From assembly GCA_964348095.1 (NCBI GenBank), contig CAYGBK010000015.1:3840-67839 (forward strand): a DNA stretch of 64,000 nt, given 5' to 3'. Below the pieces are notes generated by a model. The model saw only the letters and a list, made by a program, of their open reading frames with translations. It was not told where the DNA came from and searched no databases. The number at the start of each line of letters is the position of its first letter. The first letter of the stretch is position 1. The stretch is from an uncultured Thermodesulfobacteriota bacterium. Lineage in GTDB: Bacteria > Desulfobacterota > BSN033 > WVXP01. The position numbers were made by a program, and so were the translations under genes. Of the stretch, positions 39,953-50,609 are shown one piece after another.

Positions 39953-41404
39953 TTACTCATAGAAACTTCGTAATTTGCACTTCCTCTTCGGGTGTTTCAG
40001 CTTCCTTAAGGCCTTTGCCTCAATCTGTCTAATTCGTTCTCTCGTGATTCCAAATTGACGCCCCAATTCCTCGAGGGTGTAATCCCTTTTTTCCTCGATT
40101 CCAAATCGCATTCTCAGTATCTTGGCCTCTCTCGGGTTCAGAGAGGAGAGAACCCTTTTGATCTCCTTGTTGAGATTGGTCTGAACCGTCATCTCAAGGG
40201 GCGACACGGCGTCCTCATCGGCAATGAAGTCACCGAAACGGGTCTCACTATCTCCTACAGGCGTCTCCAGGGAGGTCGGTTGCTCCATCCGAATGTGGAA
40301 AATCTTGTTGACTTTCTCCAGGGGAAGGTTGGCTGCCTCTGCCACCTCGGGTGGAGTGGGTTTTCTTCCAAGTTGATTGAAGAGGCTGTAGCAGATCTTT
40401 CTCATCTTCATCTCATTCTCAAGCAGGTGAACGGGTAGTCTGATCATTCTGGCCTGATCGGCTATGGCTCTAGTTATTCCCTGCATGATCCACCAGGAAG
40501 CATAGGTGCTGAACTTGTATCCCTTGCGGTAATCAAATCGATCTACAGCCTTCATGAGACCAATGTTGCCCTCCTGAATCAGATCAGGAAGAGAGAGTCC
40601 TCGGTTAACGTATTTCTTGGCAATATTGATTACCAACCGCAAGTTGGCTTTAACGAAATCATCTTTTGCCTGCTTGACCTCTTGTCGGGCCCTTCCAACC
40701 GATGAAATGATGCCCTCCAGCTTTTCCCGACCATCTCCAGACCAGTAGACGTCGTCAGCCTTTGCCCGCGGATTTGCTCGTTCTCGGAGAATAACCTCGA
40801 TGTTTTCTAGAACCTGCTTTTTCACGGCCATCTTGTTGATCAGAGTTTCGATGACCATTTGATTCTCTGCCATTTTGGCCGCGAGGGAAGGACCTTCCCG
40901 CCGGGTTCCTATCTTTTGTCGATACTTCTCATTTTGCTTACTCAGTCTGAGGATTTCTCTCACGGTTTTAATAAACTGTTTCTTAAGGGTGGACTCCTCC
41001 TGTGGCGGGTAATGGGAGTTGGTTGGAACGTCCAGAATGTCTCTCACCTCGATCTCTCCAGCATGGATCTCTTTCGCGCTGAGGGCGATCCATTCCATGC
41101 CCACAGGATTCTGAACAAGGAGGGCCTTTACCCGGTTTTCGCCCTCTTCAATCCTCTTGGCGAGTCCCTGTTCCTCCTCAGGGCTAAGGAGAGGGACGCA
41201 TCCGATCTCTTTCAGATAAACTCCTATTGAGGAATAGGGAAAATCAGAAATCTGGGTGGCCGGCGCACTGTCCGATTCTTCGTTTTCCGAGTACTTCCCA
41301 CCGTAGGAATCCTCGGACTCTTCGCGGTCGAACTGAAATTCCTCGTCCTCAATTTCCCCCAACTCGCTGCCCTTGTTGACAAATTGATTGTTGTAAACGT
41401 CCAT
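39953..41404 (-). CDS. rpoD: RNA polymerase primary sigma factor (sigma-70)
   Basis: Acidic N-terminus. Region 2 [33 protein letters not shown]. Region 4 ILRMRFGI...[28 protein letters not shown]. Confidence 0.92.
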   Translation of the reverse strand: MDVYNNQFVNKGSELGEIEDEEFQFDREESEDSYGGKYSENEESDSAPATQISDFPYSSIGVYLKEIGCVPLLSPEEEQGLAKRIEEGENRVKALLVQNPVGMEWIALSAKEIHAGEIEVRDILDVPTNSHYPPQEESTLKKQFIKTVREILRLSKQNEKYRQKIGTRREGPSLAAKMAENQMVIETLINKMAVKKQVLENIEVILRERANPRAKADDVYWSGDGREKLEGIISSVGRARQEVKQAKDDFVKANLRLVINIAKKYVNRGLSLPDLIQEGNIGLMKAVDRFDYRKGYKFSTYASWWIMQGITRAIADQARMIRLPVHLLENEMKMRKICYSLFNQLGRKPTPPEVAEAANLPLEKVNKIFHIRMEQPTSLETPVGDSETRFGDFIADEDAVSPLEMTVQTNLNKEIKRVLSSLNPREAKILRMRFGIEEKRDYTLEELGRQFGITRERIRQIEAKALRKLKHPKRKCKLRSFYE

Positions 41405-41600
41405 TTTTCTCTCGCCCTATCTCTAGGTGAAAAAAAAAAGCCCTTTCACCACGTCGAAAGAGCCCTGCGAAAGTCAGGGTTAAACTGTATTATCACGGTT
41501 CTCCTGTATCGCTTTATTTCAGATGTTATTATAAAGGAACAATAGGGATTTGTCAAATATTTCTTTCATTTTTTTAGATGAGAGTTAAGGCAATACCTTA
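41405..41600 (-). promoter_or_regulatory. AT-rich rpoD upstream/promoter region
   Basis: A10 tract, then tgtattatcac, ttattataaagg and ttgtcaaatat elements 5' of rpoD on the minus strand. Confidence 0.3.
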
Positions 41601-41781
41601 CTCTTTGCTATGTCTCCAGCCGTTGACGCTGCCTTGAACCCGGATAGGCCTGTGAGCCAATCGGCCACCTCCAGATCTCATTTCTCTCACGGGATGCGCC
41701 CCAAGGGAATGGTTCTCGGGACCCATCAAGGGCCAACGGGCTGTCCTGTCGGATAGGCTCTGAGGATAAGGAAATGTCGTC

Positions 41782-42699
41782 CTAAGAGAGGCCAATTCTT
41801 TCCAACAAAGCCATTCCCGTCAAAAGCTGGTTCCTGGTCGATTTCCCGTGTACCTCAAGGATCTTTAATTGAGCAGGTTCGAGGTCTTTTTTCAAGGCCC
41901 AAAAATCGATTTCTCCTGAACCCGGGGCCCAATGATCATCAGTCCCATTGGCGTCATGAATATGGACACCCAAAAGCATGGGGCTGTATGTTTGGATAAG
42001 GGTGCCAGGTTCCATAAATCCTAGTTTCTCCTGAACGTGGGCATGACCCACGTCATGCCAATAACGAAGAGAACCTCCAGAATACGAATCGAGGATAAGG
42101 CCAACCTCTTCAAAGTCAGGAATTTCGTGATAATGATAGCGGTTCTCGATCCCAAGGAGAACACCACGCTTTTCTCCTTCCTTGTTTAGGCGATCCAAGC
42201 TACGGAGCAGAGCATCTACATAAGGTCCCCGGTGCTGCCGTCTTTCCTCTAACTTCCTCTCGACGAAACGCCTCCCCTCTGGTGAATCCAACATGTTGTC
42301 GCGAGATAAGGTGTGGAGTCGATCGTATTCGGTTTTCATCTCAACTCTTCCGAGGTGAAGGACCACGGCCGGGGCACCGAGATCTTGGGCCGATTCAATG
42401 GTTCGAAGGGTCATCTCGACAGCCCTGGATCTTTCGTCTTTGTCCGGAGAAGAGAGAAGAAACAAATCCCCACCCCCCCAGGAGGTGGGAGTACCATTCG
42501 GACAGGGGAAATAGTTATGGATGCTTATTATTTTCAGTTCTTCCCTGAGAATAAGGGGGACCATTTCTCTGAACGCGGTGTCGGTAATCCGGTAATCAAG
42601 CTCTATTTCACTGAATCCCAGGGTGACGATCTCTTGGATGACTTTTCGACCCGTCATGTTGGTTCTTTGGGTGAGCCAGGACGTGGATAGGCCAATCAT
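41782..42699 (-). CDS. sugar phosphate isomerase/epimerase (xylose-isomerase-like TIM barrel) family protein
   Basis: GLSTSWL...GFSEIELDYR N-terminal strand-helix pattern. Conserved His/Glu/Asp metal-ligand spacing typical of the AP-endonuclease-2 TIM-barrel fold. Confidence 0.5.
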   Translation of the reverse strand: MIGLSTSWLTQRTNMTGRKVIQEIVTLGFSEIELDYRITDTAFREMVPLILREELKIISIHNYFPCPNGTPTSWGGGDLFLLSSPDKDERSRAVEMTLRTIESAQDLGAPAVVLHLGRVEMKTEYDRLHTLSRDNMLDSPEGRRFVERKLEERRQHRGPYVDALLRSLDRLNKEGEKRGVLLGIENRYHYHEIPDFEEVGLILDSYSGGSLRYWHDVGHAHVQEKLGFMEPGTLIQTYSPMLLGVHIHDANGTDDHWAPGSGEIDFWALKKDLEPAQLKILEVHGKSTRNQLLTGMALLERIGLS

Positions 42700-42929
42700 T
42701 TCCGCTTCTCTCTTTCAGGGTGAATCTTGGATGAAACGTTAGCGAAGGAAAAGGCGAGGTGCAGCGTCTGTGGATGCCTTGCCCCGTGAGCTTTGAGGCC
42801 CGCGTCCAGTCGCCCCGCTCAGGGCCTGAGACGGGAGAGGTTCGAGCTGCGACCTGAGGGCCGACCAGCCAATCCTCAACCCTGCCCCGGTGGTGAACCA
42901 AACAGGCTTTCAGGGGGTCCTATTCCTAT

Positions 42930-43454
42930 CTACTGGCTTTTCAGTGCCGTGATAATTTCACGACAGAAGGCAGGCAGATCGTCAGGCATCCGGGAGGTGA
43001 TAAGGTTTCCGTCACGGACAACCTCTTGGTCGAGGTATTCAGCCCCTGCATTGATCAAATCGTCTCGAATGGCAGAAAAACAGGTTGCTTTTTTGCCTTT
43101 GAGAATTCCAGCGGAGACGAGCATCCACCCGGCATGACAGATAGCGCCAATCACTTTGCCCTGATCGTGACCACGACGGACAAGGGTCACCATGGAGGGA
43201 TAGCGTCTCATGATGTCAGGAGCGTAGCCACCGGGGATAATGAGTCCATCGTAGGCTGCCACGTCGATGTCATCAGCAGAGAGATCGACAGTGACCGGAT
43301 AACCCATCTTGCTTGTAAAGGTTGAACTACTTCCGGACCCCACAATCTTCACTTCGGCGCCCTCTTCTTTGAGCCGATAGAAGGGATACCATAATTCCAT
43401 TTCCTGATAGTTATTCTCGGCTAGAATGATTACTTTCTTCCCTTTCAGAACCAT
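42930..43454 (-). CDS. DJ-1/PfpI family protein
   Basis: Nucleophile-elbow GAICHAGWML, 174 aa. Confidence 0.8.
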   Translation of the reverse strand: MVLKGKKVIILAENNYQEMELWYPFYRLKEEGAEVKIVGSGSSSTFTSKMGYPVTVDLSADDIDVAAYDGLIIPGGYAPDIMRRYPSMVTLVRRGHDQGKVIGAICHAGWMLVSAGILKGKKATCFSAIRDDLINAGAEYLDQEVVRDGNLITSRMPDDLPAFCREIITALKSQ

Positions 43455-43583
43455 TCATGCCTCCATAGCAGGTTTAGGGATTCTTGACGTATACTCAATC
43501 CCCCACCCACTTTTCCTCAGCGGGAGGGGTATGGTCTGGATGGCCGCTGACCAAAAGAGATTGGGGCACCCGCCTGGTGATAT

Positions 43584-44204
43584 CTACCTCTCCATCTGAA
43601 AGGATGACGCCTCCTCTTCGGCATTCTTCCAATGGGTACTTCGACCCAGCTTGATCCCAGCTTGTAAGGCTTCCCTGAGGGCCGTCGGGTGGCTTCTGAT
43701 ATCGCCCCGCTTATCTATCTCCCTGAAAAGCAGATGTCCCAAATATCTCGCATCGATGGCATCGAAGAAATACTTCACCGTGAGAATCGTACAATCGAAC
43801 ATTTTTTTTCCTTTGGTACCGCCCACGGATAGAAAAAAGCCCAATTTTGCCCGCCCTCTCTTCTTGAGAATGTATTTCCGAGACCACAAAGCTTGACACC
43901 GGTCAATCAGCGTTTTACACTGGGCCGTGACATTATAGAAATAGACGGGTGAGGCCAAGACGATGGCATCGGCGGCATCGATTCGGTCGTATACTCCGCA
44001 CATCTGGTCCTCAATCGCGCATTGTCCCGTCTTTTCGCAGGCGCCGCAGCCGTTGCAAGGTGCAATTTGAATGCGACAGACGTGGATCTTCTCCGTTTCA
44101 GCTCCTGCCTCTTTAGCTCCTTTCAGGAATTGATCGAGAAGGAGATCTGTATTGCCCCGCTTTCGCGGACTACAGAAAAGGCCAAGAACCCTCATGGGCG
44201 ACAT
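43584..44204 (-). CDS. iron-sulfur flavoprotein (Isf) / NADPH-dependent FMN reductase family
   Basis: Flavodoxin-like N-terminus LGLFCSPRKRGNT with compact CNGCGACEKTGQC (Cx2Cx2Cx5C) Isf cluster motif. Confidence 0.7.
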   Translation of the reverse strand: MSPMRVLGLFCSPRKRGNTDLLLDQFLKGAKEAGAETEKIHVCRIQIAPCNGCGACEKTGQCAIEDQMCGVYDRIDAADAIVLASPVYFYNVTAQCKTLIDRCQALWSRKYILKKRGRAKLGFFLSVGGTKGKKMFDCTILTVKYFFDAIDARYLGHLLFREIDKRGDIRSHPTALREALQAGIKLGRSTHWKNAEEEASSFQMER

Positions 44205-44637
44205 TGGTCCTCCCCCGGCCTGAAGTCAAAGATTTCCTCGACCGTAATTTTCACCACATACTCAGGATTCGGGAGGTCGAGGCGGAGGCCTTCCTTGGTG
44301 ACGACCACGTCGCTGTAAAGGTGACCTTCCTCGGTGAGCTCAGCCTTTCCCTTGAACTGAAAGCCGTTCATAGCCGTGGTATCGACAACGGCAACAACGA
44401 TGTTGGGGTTCACCGGCAGACTGTCCCGCGTCTTTCTGATGTCACAATCTGCGAAAGGGAGTGTCTCATCAACACCAGGATGGATCCTTTGGGAGAAACA
44501 TTGTCTCGACCGTCCCTGTCGCAGGTGGCAGCAAAACAAATCTTCTGACCAGAGATCAGATCGGTCATTTCAGCAGTCAACTTTGCCAGGGGTTCGGTCC
44601 CCTTTGCAGGGTCAGCCCTATTGGAGCTTCTCTTCAA
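44192..44637 (-). pseudogene. pyridoxamine-5'-phosphate-oxidase-like (PNPOx/FMN-binding split barrel) gene, split over two frames
   Basis: N-terminal piece ...AATCDRDGRDNVSPKG in one frame, C-terminal piece LPFADCDIRKTRDSLPVNPNIVVAVVDTT in another. The switch lies around 44470-44500. Confidence 0.45.
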
Positions 44638-44965
44638 GGGCGTCCAGTTCGATCTCCTCTGATCCCTTCGCTTCCAGTTTCAATACAATGCTGGTGAAAT
44701 CTCCCAGGGCTATCTTTTCTTTCACTCGATTGATGCCCTTCTCTCTCAACAATGGCACAGCCCTTTTGACACCCTCCTCTTCCCGTCCCGATTCAGGCTT
44801 CATTCTGGTGGTCAGGTGCTCTCTGTCAGCCCAGACGCAGTAGGTGAATTTTTTCTCCCCCTCTTTTGAGACAACGAAGAAATACAGCCAACGATCTGCG
44901 TCCCCAGGCTTCAAACCCTCCCAGACAGTAAAACCCTGATAATCCCATGTTTGACCTGGATTCAT
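44618..44965 (-). CDS. hypothetical protein
   Basis: 115-aa ORF with no recognisable motif, upstream in the same-strand cluster. Confidence 0.3.
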   Translation of the reverse strand: MNPGQTWDYQGFTVWEGLKPGDADRWLYFFVVSKEGEKKFTYCVWADREHLTTRMKPESGREEEGVKRAVPLLREKGINRVKEKIALGDFTSIVLKLEAKGSEEIELDALEEKLQ

Positions 44966-45029
44966 GACCCCTCCTATTGCTTCAGTTAAAAAACCTATTG
45001 GTTTGACCTGACTGGCGAAAAGGCGATTT

Positions 45030-45458
45030 CTATTCTATGGCGATGTCAACTTTTTTCTTACGGGGTCGCTTCGCCTTAGGCAGCGTGATTCTCAAGAGGC
45101 CATTCCGGTAGTGCGACGTTGCGTGATCTTTTTCGATGTTAAAGGGAATGTGTATCCGCTTTTCAAAAGATCCTGAATCTATCTCAATCTGATGGCATTT
45201 GATATGATAAAAATCTGCCAGAGACTCACGCCTGCCGCTGATTTTGAGACGTCCCATGTCAAAGGAGATCTTCAGACTTTCTGGAACAACGCCAGCGAGT
45301 TCGATAACGATCAGGAGATCCTCCTCGGTTTCATATATGTCCATGGGGGGTCGCCAGGTTTCTCCTGGCATCTGCATGAACCTATCCGGGAAAAAATCTC
45401 CAAGGATCTTTTCCATCCTTTTGTGAATCTCTTCGAGTTCTTCGTCGGAGACCACCAC
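45030..45458 (-). CDS. Hsp20/alpha-crystallin small heat-shock protein
   Basis: WRPPMDIYETEEDLLIVIELAGV...NGLLRITLPK. Confidence 0.85.
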   Translation of the reverse strand: MVVSDEELEEIHKRMEKILGDFFPDRFMQMPGETWRPPMDIYETEEDLLIVIELAGVVPESLKISFDMGRLKISGRRESLADFYHIKCHQIEIDSGSFEKRIHIPFNIEKDHATSHYRNGLLRITLPKAKRPRKKKVDIAIE

Positions 45459-45693
45459 GCGATCCTCTTGTGAATCGAAAAGGGCGTAACTGTACGGAAA
45501 TGCCTATCGAATTCCCTCATAAGACTAGCACAATGGCGACTTCATCCGCAAGGAATTTGTAAGAGCAAAAGTGAGTCGGGGGGCGTCAGAAGCCGAATGG
45601 GATGGGTGAGGGGGGACTAGATCCCTTTTCAATGTGAATACTCTCCTCAGGCTTTCCAGAATCGTCCGGCGAGTTTCTTCCGGATGAATCCGG

Positions 45694-46956
45694 TCACTTG
45701 AGTAGGATAAGGGTGATTCCGGGAAAGTACGTGATAACAATGAGTCCCAAAAGCAAAATAGCCAGGAACGGAAGAGAGGCGAGATAGAGGCTGAGGATAG
45801 GACGACCAAAACGGTAACTTGCGATAAAGAGGTTGATCCCTACAGGTGGCGTGGAATAGCCGATCCCCAGGTTGGTGAGAAAGATGATTCCCAGATGAAC
45901 GGGATCAATACCGTAAGCCTGAGCGAGGGGAAGGATCAACGGGACGACGACGACGAGGGCGGAAAAGATATCAATCATGCAGCCGACAACAAGAAGAAAG
46001 ATGTTGAGGAGGATCAGGAAAAGCCATTTACTCGTGATATGTCCCTGAATGAAGGCGAGAATCTTCAGGGGAACCTGAGCATCGATAAGGTAGTTCGTAT
46101 AGGCAAGGGCCACTCCGAGGATTATCAGAATTCCCCCCACCAGGACCATACTCTCCTTTATGATAGAGAGCAGGGCTTTGACTTTGACCTCACGATGGAC
46201 TAGCACCTCAACAATAAGGACGTAAAAGGCGGTAATGGCAGCCGCATCACTGACGGCAAAAAAACCTGTGTATATCCCCCCGATGACAACAAACGGCAGA
46301 GGAATCTCCCAAATGGAGTCGCGAATGGCCTGCCCCATTTCCCGGGCTGATGATCTTACTATCGGTGTGCCGGCCTTCCATCCCCTGAACACACTGTAAA
46401 CCATCAGAAGAATCACCAGAACTGATCCTGGAAGGATGCCCGCTATGAAGAGCTTGTCAACGCTTGTCTTGGAGATGACCCCGTAGAGGATCAAAGGGAG
46501 ACTGGGCGGGAGAAGCAGCCCGAGTGCACCAGAGGTGGTGATCAATCCTAGAGAGAATCTCTCGGGATATCTCTGGCTGATCAGGGCAGGAAAGACCAAG
46601 CCCCCGAGGGCGATGATGGTGACCCCGGAAGCGCCCGTAAAGGCGGTGAAAAGTGTACATGCGACCAATACCACAACGCCCAACCCGCCAGGCATCCAAC
46701 CAACAAAAGCCTGGGAAAGCCTGACCAGTCGCTTTGGGGCATTGCTTTCTGCCAAGACATAGCCTGCAAAAGCAAAGAGCGGAATTGCCTCAAGCAAGGG
46801 CGTGGAGGCCAATCGATACATTTCGATGATGACAGCGGAGGAGTCAATGCCAGAAAAGTAAAAACTGAGGAGAGCCCCTGCCGCAATAACGATAAACAGG
46901 GGCGTACCGGTCGCTGCCAGAATCAGCGTGACAAGTGAAGTGACCGAGCTCATCAA
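45694..46956 (-). CDS. dctM: TRAP transporter large permease
   Basis: 420 aa, about 12 TM helices, DctM-type repeats. Overlaps dctQ by 4 nt. Confidence 0.85.
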   Translation of the reverse strand: MMSSVTSLVTLILAATGTPLFIVIAAGALLSFYFSGIDSSAVIIEMYRLASTPLLEAIPLFAFAGYVLAESNAPKRLVRLSQAFVGWMPGGLGVVVLVACTLFTAFTGASGVTIIALGGLVFPALISQRYPERFSLGLITTSGALGLLLPPSLPLILYGVISKTSVDKLFIAGILPGSVLVILLMVYSVFRGWKAGTPIVRSSAREMGQAIRDSIWEIPLPFVVIGGIYTGFFAVSDAAAITAFYVLIVEVLVHREVKVKALLSIIKESMVLVGGILIILGVALAYTNYLIDAQVPLKILAFIQGHITSKWLFLILLNIFLLVVGCMIDIFSALVVVVPLILPLAQAYGIDPVHLGIIFLTNLGIGYSTPPVGINLFIASYRFGRPILSLYLASLPFLAILLLGLIVITYFPGITLILLK

Positions 46957-47453
46957 ACCGATTCCTCAAAACTAAGGATTTTGGCAAACCCGTTGAGGCA
47001 GAAATGCAGGGTAATAATCGAGAAGGCCAGTGGGAAAATGATCCCGAGGATCCACCCCGGAATCTCCAAGAAGGAGGTGGTATTTGCCAGGAATTCATCT
47101 CGGACGAACTTAAGCGATCCATGGGTGAGCAAAAGGCATATGAGAGCAGAGAAGAAATCGATGAATATGCTGAGGAGGTTTTTTGCCTTTCCGTGAAGCA
47201 GCCGGGGCAAGATATCGATGGTAATGTGCCTTGACTCTCGGGTTGCCACGGTGGCCCCAAACAGTCCCACCCAAAGGACCAGGTGTCGCAGAGCAACATC
47301 CCCCCAGATGATGCCGAAATGGAAGAGGATACGAAGACAGATCTGGATGAAAGCGAGTCCCACCATTATCAGAACCAAAGAGACAAGGATTGACTGCTCG
47401 ATTTTCTCGAAGAACATGTCCGAACGGCGAAGGAAATGCCGAATAGATTGCAT
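46953..47453 (-). CDS. dctQ: TRAP transporter small permease
   Basis: 166 aa, 4 TM helices, immediately 5' of dctM. Confidence 0.7.
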   Translation of the reverse strand: MQSIRHFLRRSDMFFEKIEQSILVSLVLIMVGLAFIQICLRILFHFGIIWGDVALRHLVLWVGLFGATVATRESRHITIDILPRLLHGKAKNLLSIFIDFFSALICLLLTHGSLKFVRDEFLANTTSFLEIPGWILGIIFPLAFSIITLHFCLNGFAKILSFEESV

Positions 47454-48466
47454 TATCTCTCTCCTCTCAGTTCGCTCAGGTGGTTATTGACCTCTCGCAG
47501 GATTTCAACTGGAAAAACCTTTCCAGCCATCTCTTCGGTGGCTTTCCGGGCTATTCCTTGGAAATGATCCAGTTCCTGAGCTGAGGGTTCCACAAACTGG
47601 ATCCCTTCCCGTTCCATTATACGCAGGGCTTCCTCGTTGTCTCTTCTGGTCTGGGCGTTGAGAGCGTCGACTCTTCCATGGAAGATCTCTTTGAATATCG
47701 TCTGGTCGTTCTCTGGGATTCTCTCAAAAGCTTTCCCCGTGATAACAACGCCGCCCAAAGCGTAGCTCAGGGGGACACGGGTGAGGTATTTCACCTTTGT
47801 GAACCACTGAAGGCTAATAGCCCCAATGGGTGCGCCGTAGACCACGTCAACTAGGCCGGTCTGCAGGGCGAGTAGGACGTCTGAGATCGCCAGGGGAACG
47901 GGCGAGACTTTAGCCTTTTCGAACACGGCCTGGCTAACGGGGTCCCCTTCCGGGATCCACACTTTTGTTCCTTTAAAGGTCTCAAGACTAGTCACGGGTT
48001 TGTTGGACATTAGGTAGACAAAGCCGATCTCAGACCATCCGAGCAGGATAAAGCCATTCTGTTTAAGGACCCTTTCCAGTCGACCTGTCGTTCTTTCTAA
48101 GACGTAATCGACTTCGTTGTAGTTCCGAAAGAGAAAGGGCGTACCGAACACCTGAATATCCTTGCAGATCGATCCTAAACCGAGTCCCGTGAGTCCGCCG
48201 ATGTGGATCTGACCGATCCGCATCTTCCGCAAAACCGCCTCCTCGTCCCCCATGACGCCACCGGGGTAAGCCCGCATCGTTAGACGGCCCTCAGTTCTGG
48301 ACTCCAGTTCCTTGTTCGCGCTGTGGAAGGTCTTCATCCAGGTGCTCCCATCAGGAGCGAGGGTTGCCAACTTAAGAACAATCGCTTTGTCTTCTCCTCG
48401 CACTGAGGTCGTCACGGTGAGGCAGATTCCAATCCCTATCAGAAGGAGTCTCTTGGACAAGGTCAT
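47453..48466 (-). CDS. dctP: TRAP transporter substrate-binding protein (DctP / TatP-type)
   Basis: IVLKLATLAPDGSTWMKTF...RAYPGGVMGDE...RIGQIHIGGLTG. Confidence 0.85.
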   Translation of the reverse strand: MTLSKRLLLIGIGICLTVTTSVRGEDKAIVLKLATLAPDGSTWMKTFHSANKELESRTEGRLTMRAYPGGVMGDEEAVLRKMRIGQIHIGGLTGLGLGSICKDIQVFGTPFLFRNYNEVDYVLERTTGRLERVLKQNGFILLGWSEIGFVYLMSNKPVTSLETFKGTKVWIPEGDPVSQAVFEKAKVSPVPLAISDVLLALQTGLVDVVYGAPIGAISLQWFTKVKYLTRVPLSYALGGVVITGKAFERIPENDQTIFKEIFHGRVDALNAQTRRDNEEALRIMEREGIQFVEPSAQELDHFQGIARKATEEMAGKVFPVEILREVNNHLSELRGER

Positions 48467-48467
48467 A

Positions 48468-49352
48468 TTAGAACAACTCCTCCACCTGATTCAGCAACTC
48501 GTTGGCCCTATCTTTTGCGACAGTGTTTATGAGAGTCAATTCCGGAACCTTATCGACTGGGGCCTCGTGCACCTTTTCCAGAAGAGAGACGAATAGATCC
48601 TTCTGAAATGTCTTTCTGGCGTAAGCGTCGGCATAGTAGACGTAGGCCATCAGGAAGTCTCCATGACCAATTTCCAAAGCCCTCTCAAAGTGTCTGCGCG
48701 CCTCCTCTGGTTGACCACCATAGGTTTCCGGTTTTGCTGATTTGTAAACGCCCATAAAAAGGTGAGCCCCTCCATACTGGTATGTTTCATCTAGCTCTAA
48801 GATGCGCTCCATGAGGAGGACGACTCGAGGAAGATCAGCCACCGCCTCTACCGAATCCGAGGTCACACTGATCCATCCTGCCCAGCAGCTGGCAAACCAG
48901 AAAAGGGCGGGAACGTCTGCCTTGGAAAAATCTCCGACCGCTTCTTCTAATCTCGCAAAGGGCTGAGAAAGGACAAGGGTAAATTCCTGTTGATTTGACA
49001 TAGCCCTCAGGGCATATTCTTTTCCCTTCAGGTAGAGGCTGCCAGCCGCCTCGGGATTACTCTCATCTGAGAAGGCACCGGCGTACGAGCAGTATGCCTC
49101 GGCGCCAGCCAGAAGGAGTCGCTTCTCTTTTGGATATGCCTCGATCAGGCCGTCGAGAAGCATCAGATATGCTGGGGTGCCTTTTTTGACAAGGGATGGA
49201 TCTGTTTGCTTAGCCGACGCCCGCACCACGTCTTCCAGGATCATTCCCACGCTGGCAACGGTAAGTTTCTTGGAAGGAAAGCAGCCGATGGCAAGACTTG
49301 CATAGAGGGAAATCAAAATGAGGAAGAGATTCTTTCGTCTCGGCAGCCACAT
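48468..49352 (-). CDS. TatT-like TPR lipoprotein (T-component of TPR-protein-associated TRAP transporters)
   Basis: Lipobox LAIGC. Helical-repeat protein placed directly upstream of dctP-Q-M. Confidence 0.55.
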   Translation of the reverse strand: MWLPRRKNLFLILISLYASLAIGCFPSKKLTVASVGMILEDVVRASAKQTDPSLVKKGTPAYLMLLDGLIEAYPKEKRLLLAGAEAYCSYAGAFSDESNPEAAGSLYLKGKEYALRAMSNQQEFTLVLSQPFARLEEAVGDFSKADVPALFWFASCWAGWISVTSDSVEAVADLPRVVLLMERILELDETYQYGGAHLFMGVYKSAKPETYGGQPEEARRHFERALEIGHGDFLMAYVYYADAYARKTFQKDLFVSLLEKVHEAPVDKVPELTLINTVAKDRANELLNQVEELF

Positions 49353-49546
49353 TGCTAGCCCCCTTACTCTCTAGATGCTGGCATGTCCCAACATTCTTAC
49401 AGATGACGACTTCTGAGTCAACCAAAATCTATGGGGAATTTCCTGAGCTTGCGGGGCGCCTCCGCCCTCAGGCAGTATTGGCGTGGGAGAGCTCGTCTTT
49501 ACTCGTTTTTGTCTCACCAATTTGTCTCTGAATTCGTGAGGGACGG

Positions 49547-50341
49547 TTGGTCCCTAGTGATAGTATTCGAAATCTCTTTTCCAAGGCAGAAGAACTGCTT
49601 GAGTTTTACGTCGAGAAATTTACAAAGAGTAAGATCTATGCTATTCGTACGGCATATGAGAAGAGGATAGATGAGACCCTCGAGGATTTTCTCTGTGCGG
49701 CCGCTGGCCGATTCAATCAATGGCCCGATCATTTTGAGGGGTGGGACGTGAACATTTCAGACATAAAAAGGCTCGACCTCCTTTGGGGCAGAATCTATCC
49801 GTATCTAGCTGATTATGTGATGTCTTTCCTTCCGGGGGGGGCTCAAGAGGTCCTAGAACTTGGTCCCTTTTCGGGGGGAATCTCTTTTGAACTGGCAAGA
49901 GCGCGTCGTAACTACTCGATCGTGATTGCTGATGAGCGTCAAGATGTTCTGGACTATCTTGCTCGGGAGGCGGAAAAGCAGAATCTCTTGCATCGGATTC
50001 GGCTAGAACAAACCACCCTATCACCGCTGAAGTTTGAGGATTGTGAGTTCGATGCGGTTATTTCTCGAGGCGTATTCTTTTTCCTTGATGAACCGATTCT
50101 CAAAGAGATGTATCGGATTCTGAGGCCGGGGGGAATTGGGTTTATTGGGGGTGGATTCGGGATCTCAACTCCCAGGGTTCTGATTGATGATATTGCGTCT
50201 GAATCAAGAAGGCTCAATCAGAGGCTCGGGAAGAAATGGATTTCTGAGGCGCAATTGAGAGAGATGGTCATATCGGCAGGCCTTGGGGAATATGCACGGA
50301 TCATCAACGAGGGGGGGTTATGGTTGCGCGTCGAGAAATAG
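49547..50341 (+). CDS. SAM-dependent methyltransferase domain protein
   Basis: VLELGPFSGGISFELAR (motif I) ... ILRPGGIGFIGGGFG. TTG start in the ORF track. Confidence 0.5.
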   Translation: MVPSDSIRNLFSKAEELLEFYVEKFTKSKIYAIRTAYEKRIDETLEDFLCAAAGRFNQWPDHFEGWDVNISDIKRLDLLWGRIYPYLADYVMSFLPGGAQEVLELGPFSGGISFELARARRNYSIVIADERQDVLDYLAREAEKQNLLHRIRLEQTTLSPLKFEDCEFDAVISRGVFFFLDEPILKEMYRILRPGGIGFIGGGFGISTPRVLIDDIASESRRLNQRLGKKWISEAQLREMVISAGLGEYARIINEGGLWLRVEK

Positions 50342-50609
50342 AGGAATCTCCCCGTTCAGATTCCTCAGGACAATTTTAAACTGCTAGATGGGCCCCCCAG
50401 ATCCCTTGGCCCTCGGGTCCCCGGTCTACCCTGTCTCCGCTTGTAACGGCATTCCTAGTAAAAGTTTCTTGGGGATATGGGCTGCACGGCACCCAGAAAA
50501 CCCCGCCATTGGATTCCATTGCATTTTAGATTTCCCTGTGCTAAGAAGTTTTGAGCTTGAGATAAAAGTGTCGTGGGGGAGTTTCCCAGTCGGCATGTGG
50601 GGGTGAGGC

